A DNA stretch of 63,616 bases, counting the filler, from Octopus bimaculoides (taxonomy: Eukaryota), in assembly GCF_001194135.2 (NCBI RefSeq). It is 6 parts of 6 records of this genome, joined end to end, with 100 filler letters (N's around TTAATTAATTAA, not from the genome) between each part and the next. Parts side by side here need not be neighbours in the genome. Positions count along the whole stretch, not along the records: positions 4,550 to 33,081 come from NC_068983.1; positions 33,182 to 52,109 come from NC_068987.1; 4 more parts are not named here. One strand, given 5' to 3'. This document shows positions 25,524-38,000 of the stretch, in pieces. Each line of letters begins with the position of its first letter. Within the stretch, counting starts at the first letter, position 1. The position numbers were made by a program, and so were the translations under genes. Under the pieces are notes generated by a model. It saw only the letters and a program-made list of their open reading frames with translations. It ran no database searches and was not told the DNA's origin.

Positions 25524-26235
25524 GTGAGTATCATATTTTTTTGCCTGTTTCAATCATTTAACTGTGACCATGCTGGAGCATCACTTGAAATTATTTTAGT
25601 GTACTGGCTAAACAAAATAGTTAAATATTCAGGCATATAAGCCCCAAATTTTCTCCATTGGGGGCTTATATGCCTTGATATTCAAGCATTTTGTTTACCC
25701 AATTACATGGTGATTGCTATGCTGGGCAAAATTCCTAGTGGAATTTTGTCCGCTTTTATGCTCTGAGTTCAAATTCCACGCAGGTCGACTTTGCCCTCCA
25801 TCCTCTTGGAATTGATAAAATAAGTACAAGTTGAACACTGGGGATGTTGTAATTGTCTTAACCCCTCCCTCGAATTTACTGGCCTTGTGTCAAAACTAGA
25901 AATCAATATTAGCATTAATTAAGGTGGTGAGCTGGCAGAATCATTAGCATGCTGGGTAAAATGCTTAGCAGTATTTTGTCTGGCTTCATGTTCAGAGTTC
26001 AAATTCCTTTCATCATTTTGGGGTTGATAAAATAAGTACCAGTGAAACACTGGGGTCAATTTAATTGACTAGTCCCCCTCCTGCAAAAATTCAAGCTTTG
26101 TACCTTGAGAAGAAAGGATTATTATTATTATCATTATTATTATTATTATTATTATTATTTTTTGTTTGACTTTTGCTTTACATTTGTACAAGTTGGCTCC
26201 AAGTCTCACCCAGAGAATTCAAGAGACAACAACGC

Positions 26236-26407
26236 AGTTCTATATTTAAGAAATGAGGAATTATTTACATTAGATGGATATTTGTCCTCATCTTGTTTGT
26301 TGTTAGCCAATGTTTCGGCTGACAGATCCTCCAACTTTCATCAGGTATCTTGTGGAAATTTTGAACCTTGGTTCTCATTCCTAAGGTATTTTTCGATGTT
26401 GTTGTTG

Positions 26408-26467
<60 letters not shown>

Positions 26468-26510
26468 TCACTGCCTGGAATCGAACTCGGAATCTTGGAG
26501 TTAGTAGCCC
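26236..26510 (-). mobile_element. Same tRNA-SINE, 5'-truncated minus copy with degenerate hammerhead
   Basis: Reverse complement shows B box, (AAT)n, CTGATGA...CAGCCGAAAC and the family 3' end. Confidence 0.85.
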
Positions 26511-26781
26511 ACGGGTATATAGCGTAGTGGTTAAGAGTGCAGGCTACTAACCCATAGATTCCGAGTTCAATTCCAGGCAGTGACTTGAATAATAATAATA
26601 ATAAGAAGAAGAATAATAATAACAATAATAATAACAACATTGAAAAATACCTTAGGAATGAGAACCCAGGTTCGAAATTTCCCCAAGACACCTGATGAAG
26701 GCTGTGGAGGGTATATCAGCCAAAACGTCGTGTTTACAGCAAACAAGATGAGGACAAATATCCGTCAAATGTAAATAATGT
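26510..26781 (+). mobile_element. Same tRNA-SINE, plus copy; hammerhead at 26687-26734
   Basis: GACAC-CTGATGA-AGGCTG...CAGCC-AAAAC-GTC-GTGTT; G12 changed to A. Confidence 0.85.
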
Positions 26782-28314
26782 AAATAAGAGGCAAGTTAAA
26801 AGTTCATGTTGGTGTTATGCCTAGGGTGCCATATATTTGGTTCTGTACAAAGTGTTGTTCTAGAGAATGTTTAAGAAACCATAAGAAAATTATGAGTATG
26901 TTTTAAAATTTGAGATTACTTAGACAGTATTTTGCGTAGGATATGGACAGTTCCCATGAGTACTATCTTTTGAATATCTGCCATTCTGGGGTTTCCTGGT
27001 ATCTGAGCTAGGTAGCAATCAGCCCCTTTTGCTATCATTCCTAGGGCAGCTATGACAACAAGTATTGTTTTAGTCTTCAGGTTCCACATTTTACTAATTT
27101 CTATTTCAAGATCTTTATAGTTGCTAGTTTTTGGTAGGTCTTGACATATGTTTATATTGATCGGGACAATCATATCAATGAGGAGGCATGATTTTTGTCT
27201 GAAGTCTTTCAAAATGATGTCTGGCCTATTTGCATCTTTCTTTCTGTCAGTTTGAATGGCGAAGTTTCAGAGGAGGGAGATGTGATCATTTTCAAGCACT
27301 GGAGTTGGTTTTTATTCCCACCAGTTTTTATCATGGGGCAAGTCCAGGTTTTTGCAAATTACCCAGTGAATATATTGTGCAGCTCCATCATGCCTGTTGA
27401 GATATTTTGTAGGCACAAAAAGACTGCATATGGAGACAACATGATCAATGGTTTCATTATTATTATTGTTATTGTTATTATTATTATTTTATGTTTGACT
27501 TTTGCTTTACATTTGTGCAAGTTGGCTCCAAGTCTCACCAAGAGACCTCAAGAGACAAGTTAGAAGTTCATATTGGTGTTATGCCTAGGGTGCCATACAT
27601 TTAGTTTTGTACATAGTGTTGTTCTAGAGAATGTTTAAGAAACCTTAAGAAAATTATGAGTACGTTTTAAAATTTGAGATTACATAGACAGTATTTTGCG
27701 TAGGATATGGGCAGTTCCCATGAGCACTGTCTTTTGCATTTCTCTCATTTTGGGGTTTTCTGGTATCTGAGCTAGGTAGCAATCAGCCCCTATTGCTATC
27801 ATTCCAAGGGCACCTGGTATTGTTTTTGTCTTCTGGCTCCACATTTTGCTAATTTCTATTTCAATATCTTTATACTTGCTCTATCATTATTATTATTCAG
27901 TAGTTTTATTTTTATAGCATGTTTTCACTTCACTACCAAGCACAGCTCTGTGTGCTTTGGGTATGTACTGTGGTTTGCTGTGGTGCTCTTATGGTTACTG
28001 TATTGAAAGTGTTTTGCGTAGGATGTGTGCAGTACCCAGTAGTGCAATTTTCTGTATGTTATATATATTTGTAAGTCCTGGTGTTTTTGTTATGTATTTG
28101 TCTGAATATTTTTTTATTATACCTAAGGCACCTACTATGATAGGAATTATTTCTGTTTTTAGACTCCACATTCGAGTTACCTCTATTTCCAGGTCTTTGT
28201 ATTTTCAAAGTTTCTCCATTTCTTTTAGAGAAAGGTTGCTATCTGCTGGTATTGATACATCAATTAGAAAGCATATTTTTACTTCATGATCTCTGACAAC
28301 TATATCTGGCCTAT

Positions 28315-28382
<68 letters not shown>

Positions 28383-28570
28383 TTATTATTATTATTATTA
28401 TTATTTAAGACATTGCACAGTATCCAATATCGTGATGTTGTTGATTGAAGATTTTGTGTTTACAGGGAGTTTGTACTGTCAAGTCACAACAAGGACCTCA
28501 GGTAGATAGTGCTTTGCACAATATGTGTGCAGTTCCAAGTAATATTGCATAAAGTACTGTCTGTCTGATA
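26780..28570 (-). mobile_element. Stack of several R4/Dong LINE 3' ends (restriction-like endonuclease domain)
   Basis: KDFRQKSCLLIDMIVP...YKDLEIEISKMW...QKIVLMGTVHILRKILS and QKIALLGTAHILRKTLS; separated by (TAA)/(TAG) microsatellites. Confidence 0.85.
28315..28405. repeat. (ACT)n(ATT)n microsatellite
   Basis: Read directly from sequence. Confidence 0.95.
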
Positions 28571-28738
28571 TTATTATTTATTATCATTAAAACAGTGAGC
28601 TGGCAGAATTGTTAGCCAGGAAAAATGTGTAGCGCCACGTGAAATCGCTAGCCTTGTACTGAAATTTGAAATTACTACTTGTTGATTGTGTTATATTGTT
28701 TTTATAACTTTTTATTAATTCCTCCAACATTTTCACAG

Positions 28739-28815
28739 GGTTGTTATAACAGTTTTTGCAGAGAAAATGGCTGTTTTTGAAGCTTGCCAATTCCGTCAAC
28801 TATTTTGGATCACAA
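28739..28815 (+). CDS. BCAS3: BCAS3 coding exon 8 (VVITVFAEKMAVFEACQFRQLFWIT)
   Basis: ttttcacag / gtaagt, 77 nt. Matches ILVVVLQEKIAAFDSCTF. Confidence 0.94.
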
Positions 28816-28872
28816 GTAAGTAAATGTATTAGATTTAAAAGAAAGTTCCAACAACTTTTTTTATACTTTTCA

Positions 28873-30860
28873 TCATCATCATCATCATCGTTTAACGTCC
28901 GTTTTCCATGCTAGCATGGGTTGGATGGTTCGACTGGGGTCTGGGAGGCCAGGAGGCTGCACCAGGCTCCAGTCTGATCTGGCAGTGTTTCTACAGCTGG
29001 ATGCCCTTCCTAATGCCAACCACTCCGTGAGTGTAGTGGATGCTTTTTACGTGCCACCAGCACAGGGGCCACAGGAGGCTGGCAATGGCCATGATCAGTG
29101 CGTTCCTTTTACGTGTCACTGACATGGAAGCCAGTCGAGGCGGTGCTGGCATCAGCCATGTTCGGATGGTGCTTTTTATGTGCCACCTGCACAAAGGCCA
29201 GAGGAGGCTGGCAACAACCACGATTGGCTGGTGAGTTTTATGTGCTACCGACATGGAAGCCAGTCAAGGCAGTGCTAGCATCGGCCATGTTTGGATGGTG
29301 CTTTTTATGTGCCACCAGCATGGGTTTCACAACTATAATTTCCATTTGATTTTCATTTTGATGTTGATGTACTTGACTCAATAGGTTTCCTCAAGCACAG
29401 CAGGTCGCCCTATGATCCTAGGTACTTTTGAATGGGCTAGGGCTGGTTATGCAAAACTGGTGTAGGATGCAGCCGTAAACTCACTTTATTTGCCAGGTCT
29501 TCGCAATCACAGCATATTTCCAGAGTTCTCGGTCTTCACCACCTCATCCCATGTTTTCCTAGGTTTACCTCTACTCCGGATTCCTTCAACTGTTTGGGAG
29601 TGGCACTTATTCACACATCTCTCTTCATCCATCCATAGTATATGACCATACCAGCACAAACGTCTCTCTTGCATGCCACATCCGATGCTTCTTATGTCCA
29701 ACATTTCTCTCAGGACGCTTACACTCTGTCGTATGTGCACACTGACATTACACTTCCAGCGGATCATGCTAGCTTCATTTCTTTTGAGCCTATGCATGTC
29801 TTCAGCAGTCATGGCCCATGTTTCACTGCTGTGAAGCATGGCAGTTCGCAAACATGCATCATATAATCTGCCTTTCACTCTGAGCCAGAGGCTCTTTGTC
29901 ACCAGTAGGGGTAGAAGCTAAGCTTATTCTAGTGGTAACACTCTCTGAGCATCCACCCCCACTACAGACTTGGTCACCTAGGTAACAGAAGCTATCAACC
30001 ACTTCTAGTTTCTCCCCCTGACATGTAATGGAGTCTGTTTTCTGAGCATCTGTGGTGTTTATTGCCCCTGTGCATCTGCGGTGTTTATTGCCCCTGTGCA
30101 TCTGCTGCATGTGAAAGCTATCTTCCCGGTTAATCTTCCTTTGATGTTGCTGCACCTCTTATGTGTCCATAGCTTACACTGGGTACATCTTATGGAATTT
30201 CTACCTACAGCTTTTCTACAAATCAAGCAGGGGTGTGTGATGTGTTCGCCTTCCTTCTTACTAGAACTTTAGTCTTTGCAACATTGACTCTAAGGCCCTT
30301 CGATTCTAAACCTTGCTTCCAAACCTGAAATTTCTTCTCTAGTTCTGGTAGTGACTCTGCTATGAGTCCAGGTCATCAGCATAGAGGAGTTCCCAGGGGC
30401 AACCTGTCTTGAATTCCTCTGTTATTGCTTGGAGGGCTATGGTAAATAGAAGGGGGCTGAGGTTTGATCCTTGGTGGACCCCTACTTCTACCCAGAATTC
30501 TTCACCATACTCATTTCCAATCCTAACCCTACTGACGGCATTTCTGTATAGGGTCTGTACAGCCTTTATTAACCATTCGTCAGTACCCAGTTTCTGTATC
30601 GCCCACCAGATAAGGGATCAGGGGACCCTGTCAAAACCTTCTCCAAGTCCACAAAAGCCAAATATAGAGGTTTATCTTTGACTAGGTATTTCTCCTGCAG
30701 TTGCCATACCAGAAATATAGCATCAGTGGTGCTTCTACCAGGCACAAAACCGAACTGCATCTCATCTAAGCGGACTCTCTCCCTAATTAGTTGGGCTACG
30801 ACTCTCTCCATGACCTTCATCACCTAATCCAGCAGTTTGATACCCCTGTAGTTATTTCTA
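28873..30860 (-). mobile_element. RTE-clade LINE, 5'-truncated (RT, PHD-like finger, 3' UTR, (GAT)n tail)
   Basis: QFGFVPGRSTTDAIF, AFVDLEK, LLYADD, RLCWYGHI; tail begins catcatcgtttaacgtccg. Confidence 0.9.
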
Positions 30861-30897
30861 TTGATCCTATATGAATAAATATAGGATCAATATTTAA

Positions 30898-31017
<120 letters not shown>

Positions 31018-31509
31018 TAAATTACGATTTCATTGTTTTGTTCTTTCAGATTTTTTCCATGTCTAATTGTTTGGCAAGAAGTTTGTTTTTGAACCTCATG
31101 GTTCCAGATTCAGTCCCATTACATAGCACCTTGAGCAAGAGTCTTCTACTATAGGCCCTTGCACCAACTCCAAAGCCATGTGAGTGGATTTGGTAGATGG
31201 AAACTCAAAGAAGCCCATTGTATATATATGTATATATAGCTGCTGTATATATATATATATATATATATATACAACTACACTCTCTGAGTGGTTGGTGTTA
31301 GGAAGGGCATCCAGCTGTAGAAACTCTGCCAAATTAGATTGGAGCCTGGTGTTGCCATCCGGTTTCACCAGTCCTCAGTCAAGTCGTCCAACCCATGCTA
31401 GCATGGAAAGCGGACGTTAAACGATGATGATGATGATGATGATGATATATGTATATATGTATATATATGTATATATGTATATATATGTATATATGTATAT
31501 ATAGCTACA

Positions 31510-32602
31510 GTCTACATTTTACTCTGAGCGAGAGGCCCTTGTCTCTCGCTCAGAGTAAAAGGTAGACTGTATGGTGCATGTGTATGAACAGCCATGCTAC
31601 ATGGCAGTGAAACATGGGCCATGACTGCTGAGGACATGCGTAAGTTTGCAAGGAATGAAGCCAGTATGCTCTGCTGGATGTGTAATGTCAGTGTGCATAC
31701 ATGACAGGGTGTAAGTGCCTTGAGAGAAAAGTTGGATATAAGAAGCATCAGATGTGATGTGGAAGAGAGACAATTGCGATGGTATGGTCATGTGTTGCGA
31801 ATGAATGAGGACAGCTGTGTGAAAAAGTATCACACACTAGCAATTGCGGGAACCTGTGGAAGAGGTAGACCCAGGAAAACTTGGGATGAGGTGGTGAAGC
31901 TTGACCTTTGAACATTAGGCCTTACCGAGGCATTGACTAGTGACCGAGACCTTTGGAGATATGCTGTGCTTGAGAAGACCCAACAAGCCAAATGAGACCA
32001 TAGCCCATGGCCTATGCCAGAGGGTGTAACCAGCCCACTTATGGATACCCCTCATTCATTGGACAATAAACTTTGCTTGTGAAGATCTATTGAGGCAAGT
32101 GAAATCAAACTCAGAATCACTGATGTAGCTGATGACAGTACCGCCTGATTGGCACTTGTGCCAGTGGAACTTTAAAAGCACATCCGAGTATGATCGTTGC
32201 GAGGGCCATGGATTGGCTCCTGTGCCGGTGACTCGTGAAAAGCACCATTCGAGCTTGATTGTTCCCAGCATTGTTTTACTGGTACGTGAAAAAGAACATT
32301 TGAGCATGGTAGCAGGTAGCACGTAAAAAGCACCATTTGAGTGTGGTCAATGCCAGTACCGCCAGACTGGCTCCTGTGCAGGTAGCATGTAAAAAACACC
32401 TTTTGAACATGGTCGTTGCCAGAACTGGCCCTCATGCTGGTAGCATGTAAAAGCACCCACTATACTCTCAGAGTGCTTGGCATTAGGAAGGGAATCCAGT
32501 TGTAGAAACTTTGCCAGATCAGATTGAGTCTGGTGCAGCCTCTGGCTCATCAGTCCTCACTCAAACCGTCCAACCCATGCCAGCATGGAAAGCGGACATT
32601 AA

Positions 32603-32637
<35 letters not shown>

Positions 32638-32640
32638 ACA
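31510..32640 (+). mobile_element. RTE LINE 3' portion with repeated 3' UTR and (GAT)n tail
   Basis: LRWYGHVLRMNEDSCVKK...GRGRPRKTWDEVV. Confidence 0.85.
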
Positions 32641-33033
32641 GCATGGAAGATAAGACTGTGTTTACATAGGTGTACAAAGAAAAGACAAAATAATGAAATG
32701 AATTAATAAGGTAATTATGATCTGCGCTGAAAAAAAGAGAGGTTTAGATGTAGTAGGTTGAAAAGCAAGATTGCTTATCTGAACATCTGGTTTTTTTACT
32801 CATTTTGACAATGTGCACAAGAAATTTATTAGCTTGCTACTTGCTGAAAGGAGAGACTGTGATGCTTTGAGCATAGCTCTATGTCATGTGTATATTTATG
32901 TGTGTCTTTGTGTCTGTCTTTGTCTCCCACCATTACTGCATGACAACTGATGTTAGTGTTTTTTATGTCCCTGTAATTTAGCAGTTTGGCAAAAGGGCCC
33001 GATATAATAAGTACTAGGCTTAAGAAATATATA

Positions 33034-33081
<48 letters not shown>

Positions 33082-33714
33082 NNNNNNNNNNNNNNNNNNN
33101 NNNNNNNNNNNNNNNNNNNNNNNNNTTAATTAATTAANNNNNNNNNNNNNNNNNNNNNNNNNNNNNNNNNNNNNNNNNNNNTGTGTACCATGTCTGAAAT
33201 AATGCTGGGACACCAGTTTTAGTGTTATTAGCTTCATATTTTTGTGCTGTTTCTATGAAGTAGCGAGTTGAGTGGAGGGGGGGGGTTGTGTCCCCTGCTG
33301 CGATTTGGATTAATCCGGTATCTCAAATAAAACTTTTCCAAACATTATTTGAAATCATTACATTTATCTCTCCTAGATTTCTGAGGTAGAATGCGGAAAA
33401 AGTTGTAGGCTTTTGAAACCTTAATTTTCACAGTACTGAACATTCTATACCATCCAATTTGGCTGGTATAGCTTTCAATTCAATTAATAGGAACTAAACC
33501 TTCCCCAATCTTCCATAAGTCTATGATTGCATAACTTTTTTTTTCTATAGGGAGTACAGTTTCAATTGGAATCCCAGTTGCTCATATGTTGCTTCGCGTC
33601 TGTCTTTATGTCCTCGGAGTTTTTGAATATGTCGTCGGTAATAATGTAATGAGGACGTTGGGGTGTGCAATTAATGTTATCCACAGTCGTGATCAATATA
33701 ATCATGTGTTTGTG

Positions 33715-34070
33715 CATGAGTGTGTGTGTATGTGTGTGTGTGCGTGTGTGTGTGTGTGTATGTATTTATATGCATATATGTATGTATGTATGATGTATGT
33801 ATGCATGGATGTATGTGTGCATGTATGTATGTATGTATATGTATATATATGTATGTATGTATATATATGTATGATGTATGCATGCATGACTGTAGATGTG
33901 TGTATGCATGTATGCATGAATGTATGTGTGTATGCACGTATGCAAGAATGTATGTGTATATATGATGTATGTATGCATGGATGTATGTGTGCATGTATGT
34001 ATGTATGTATATGTATATATGTATATAGGTATGTATGTATGTATGTATGTATGTATGCCTGTGTATAAGT
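33715..34070. repeat. Degenerate (ATGT)/(GT) microsatellite
   Basis: Read directly from sequence. Confidence 0.9.
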
Positions 34071-34844
34071 ACGTATTTCTTTGTGTACATATTCCTAAAA
34101 CTGATGGATAACTTCAGCGTTCTTTGAACATTCTGAATATTTTTTTATATGAAGTTATATATGCATATATGTTTCTTCGTAGTGTTGCCCAGTGTATCCT
34201 TCTGTGTACATTTTGCCACTCAACATAACTTGGAATGCTCTTTTCTTTTCACCTAATTCAATGTATTCGCACTTTCCACATTGACACGCCAAATATTAAC
34301 TACATTCACTATCATCCACCTCCCAGCAATCCGTTATTGCCTCTTTGCTCACACAACATTTCTTCAGCGCTCCTTTCTTTCTCTTAAAAAAAAAAACAAA
34401 CAAACAAAAAAACAATAAAGAACAACATCTTACCAAGTCACCAACTAAATTGATTGGCATGATGATTTACATTTAATATTTTAAATTGGAATCATTGTAC
34501 TAGATCACCCGCTACGAAAATTATTCTTCCGCAACATAATTACACATATGACATTACCCGAGATATAACTCTACCGCCACTTCTAGAACCTCGCCCGGAG
34601 CTATTCTGTTATTCCTTATTAAATATGATACTTATAATTGTCGGTACTTTTTCTTTTAACGTTGTCTTTTTTGTTTCAGTCAGTCTAATGCAGCCATGAT
34701 TCGGCAGTGCCTTGATCTGTTTAGTCGAAGTTATTTTTTATGCCTGGAGTTTATTTTATCAGTCTTATTTTCCGAATCGCTAGTTACAGAGATGTATAGA
34801 AACCAAACCAATTATTTAACGGTGGATACGTACAGACGTACACA

Positions 34845-34846
34845 CA

Positions 34847-34922
<76 letters not shown>

Positions 34923-35045
34923 CACATACACACACACACGCACACACACAAACACACACACACATGAACGCACACACATACACACATACACGCACGCACA
35001 TACACACATACACACTCGCACACATAAATGCACACACACAGATAG
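34845..35045. repeat. (CA)n microsatellite
   Basis: Read directly from sequence. Confidence 0.95.
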
Positions 35046-38000
35046 GGGAATACACACACAGAGAAACAGAAACACACACATATACTACAGGTTTCTCTCA
35101 TTTTTCCTCAACCAAATCCACTCACAGGGCTTTGGTCGATCTGGTGCTATAGTCAAAGACAGTAGCCCCAATGAACCATGCAGTGGGACTGAACCTGAAA
35201 CTATGTGTTTAGGAAGCAGACATGCCTGCGTCTATAAGGAATAAATGTCACAACTTGTCAGTCCTTCTCTCATATATAAATGTTTAACTCAATTTATTCT
35301 TGGACAGTATGTCTCAAATATTTGGCAAGCTCTTATAGTAATGCACATTGACTCTTATGTAAACATATTCGTCACTTGCATAAATGGTAAAGTTATCACT
35401 GGACTGGAAGACTTGTCATGACATCATTCAATTTATGCCTACACGTGACTTTAGAAGTTCGAAACAAAGTGCTCATAATCCTGTTCAGATATATCAATGT
35501 ACGGTGGATTAATAGCGACGTCGTGACATGTGTTGGATTATGAGAGCAATAGTTTAGGCAGCAACTGTCAAACATTAGGTATTCATCATGTATTGTTTTC
35601 CAGTACCGTGCATGGCTAAACCCGTATAAATCTGAGATAATAACTAGGGAAGTGATTGATTATATATATATTTAACATCTAATAAACTTGATGTAATAAC
35701 AGGTGTACCGGATCAGGAAGTAACCTGAAAGAAACCTTAAGTAGTATAGTAGGAAAAGAAAAACTAATCGCGTCTAATGATTTTGAGCGTATCTGTTATC
35801 CAGTAACGTTCACACATGTTTAAATTATCCTAATCAATAGATGCCAACAGAGCCACGATAATGTGTAACTTTCAATTCATTTTGAAATAATAGTTATCTA
35901 ATTTTCATTATTTCACTTCATTTGGACCATATATTGTTTCTGTAATTGTGAATGTTCGTCTCTTATATTATATTTGATTTTTTTTTTCTCTGCATTTAAA
36001 GTGAAATTATTTCATAGTCAAATATATTATGTAACCAACTGGCACCATATTTATGGGTTCGATCAATGTGTAATAACCTTATACATCAATATAGTTATAT
36101 TTTGCCTCAAATTCGTTACAAATCTAATTGAAGTGTAAATCGATATAAACCATGGTGAATGAAAGCCGGATGCGTCATTGCCTTCAACCAACACTTCACT
36201 GCTACTCCACAGCGCTGGCCGCGCAAGATATTCATTATACCCTATTTATTTAAAAACTTTTCTCACACATTAGTCACAATTTATATCTGAAATAGCCTTC
36301 ATTATGAATTGTTTGTCTGTCATTTTATGAACGTAGAACGTCATTCAGTATTTATAATCCAATACTCAACACCTTTCGGCTCCCAAATGAGATCTTAACA
36401 ATGTTGGCACATTTCGGCTATTGGCAGCTCTACTACATTTAGAACTGCAAATACATTATTGATTAACTATCATTTTAGTCACTTAGGGCAACAGTGATTA
36501 TCTTCTTAGATTACTTGCATTACAATTCCTAACGGGTTAAAGAAAGCTTCGTGTATCTTTCATGAGGTATAACCGTTTACCTGTTGTGTTCGTCACACAC
36601 ACATGCGCGCGATTCTTTAACGTATACTCGACAATAATAGAAGGAATATCTATAATACTGTATATTTCTCTTAGTAAATACATCGTTGATAAAGAGATGT
36701 CGCGCCAGTGTTTTATGCATAATGTATAGCAATTAAGTGGTTATAATTTTTTTTTCTGTATATAATTCTGATTGCATACAAAATGTATGATAGTGATAAA
36801 ACGTAATTGACAAAAAGTAGCTTTAACAATAATTTATATTGGCACAATTCCATTCACCTGCAATTTGTGAGTATAGTGGATCAATTCAAATTCATAATGA
36901 AACGAAGACAGTACCGTTTGAACTCGCGAGAGAAGTAAGATAAACGTCATTCTTGTTGTTAACTGTACTTAGACATTTGAAGACATTAACACAAACACCA
37001 TTTAGTCATATGTTTTACCACTGATTTTAAATACATTTAATTACATAGTGGTCTTCTGCTACTAAATAAGATTTGGATTTTAAATAGTTGTCTCGATAAA
37101 CTGTGTATTAGATGTAAATGATAAACTACCCACCTGTCTAAAATACATGATTTACAAACCTGTCGTTGTTATTCCTATACTTCGTCCGTTTATGTGCGAT
37201 ATAGTGTGCAACAGTGATTTATCGGAGACAATAGGACGTATAGGACAATAGGAAAGCTTCGTGTATATTTCGTGTGAGGTGACCGATTGCCACATTGTAT
37301 TTATCCTTTGTAGATCGTTCTTCAATGTATATTCGACAATAATCTACAGGATGTATGTAATATTGCTTAATTTTTCCTCCTATTCGGGTAACTATTTTAA
37401 AAAGAAAGACATGTCGCGCAAATAAGTTTTATGCATGATTGTGAAACATCAGATTTTAGACTTAGACATTTGTACAGACAGCACTGAATTTCGTAATAAA
37501 ATTATACGTAAAAACAGGATGGTGTGACTTGCATGCATTTATAAACGTGCATGTCTGTAACTGAGTGTCTATGGTACTAAAGTTAATTTCTCAGTTCGAA
37601 TATCTCGGATGAGTAGTAAATGGAATGCGTTAGGGATTCTGTCTAAGGCGCTATTGATTATGTCAAATTTCACTTTATCAATACATCGGTCCAAATCACT
37701 TTCAGTGAGCTGAGGAAATCACTCCAGTAAATCACAGGTTTTCATCATATAGTGAGCAAATAGACAAATTTTAAGGTGAGAAACGAGAAGTGTTTGAACT
37801 CAGGAGACAAATATAGTGAAACATCGCATATCCTCAAGATTTGTATCATTATTCGTCCGCTCTTACAAAGACGGTGAGCTGGCAGACTCGTTAACATGCC
37901 GGGCAAAATTCTTAGCGACATTTCGTTCCTTTAGATGTACTGAGTTTAAATTCCACCTGGGATGATTAGCCCTTCATCATTTCGGGATCGATAAAAAAGC

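Noticed and set aside
33586-35244. Long ORFs rich in CV/HT/YM
   Set aside because: They are translations of dinucleotide and tetranucleotide microsatellites.
35397-35635. About 80 open codons on the minus strand after a cag acceptor
   Set aside because: No recognisable homology, and runs of this length are expected by chance over this much sequence.
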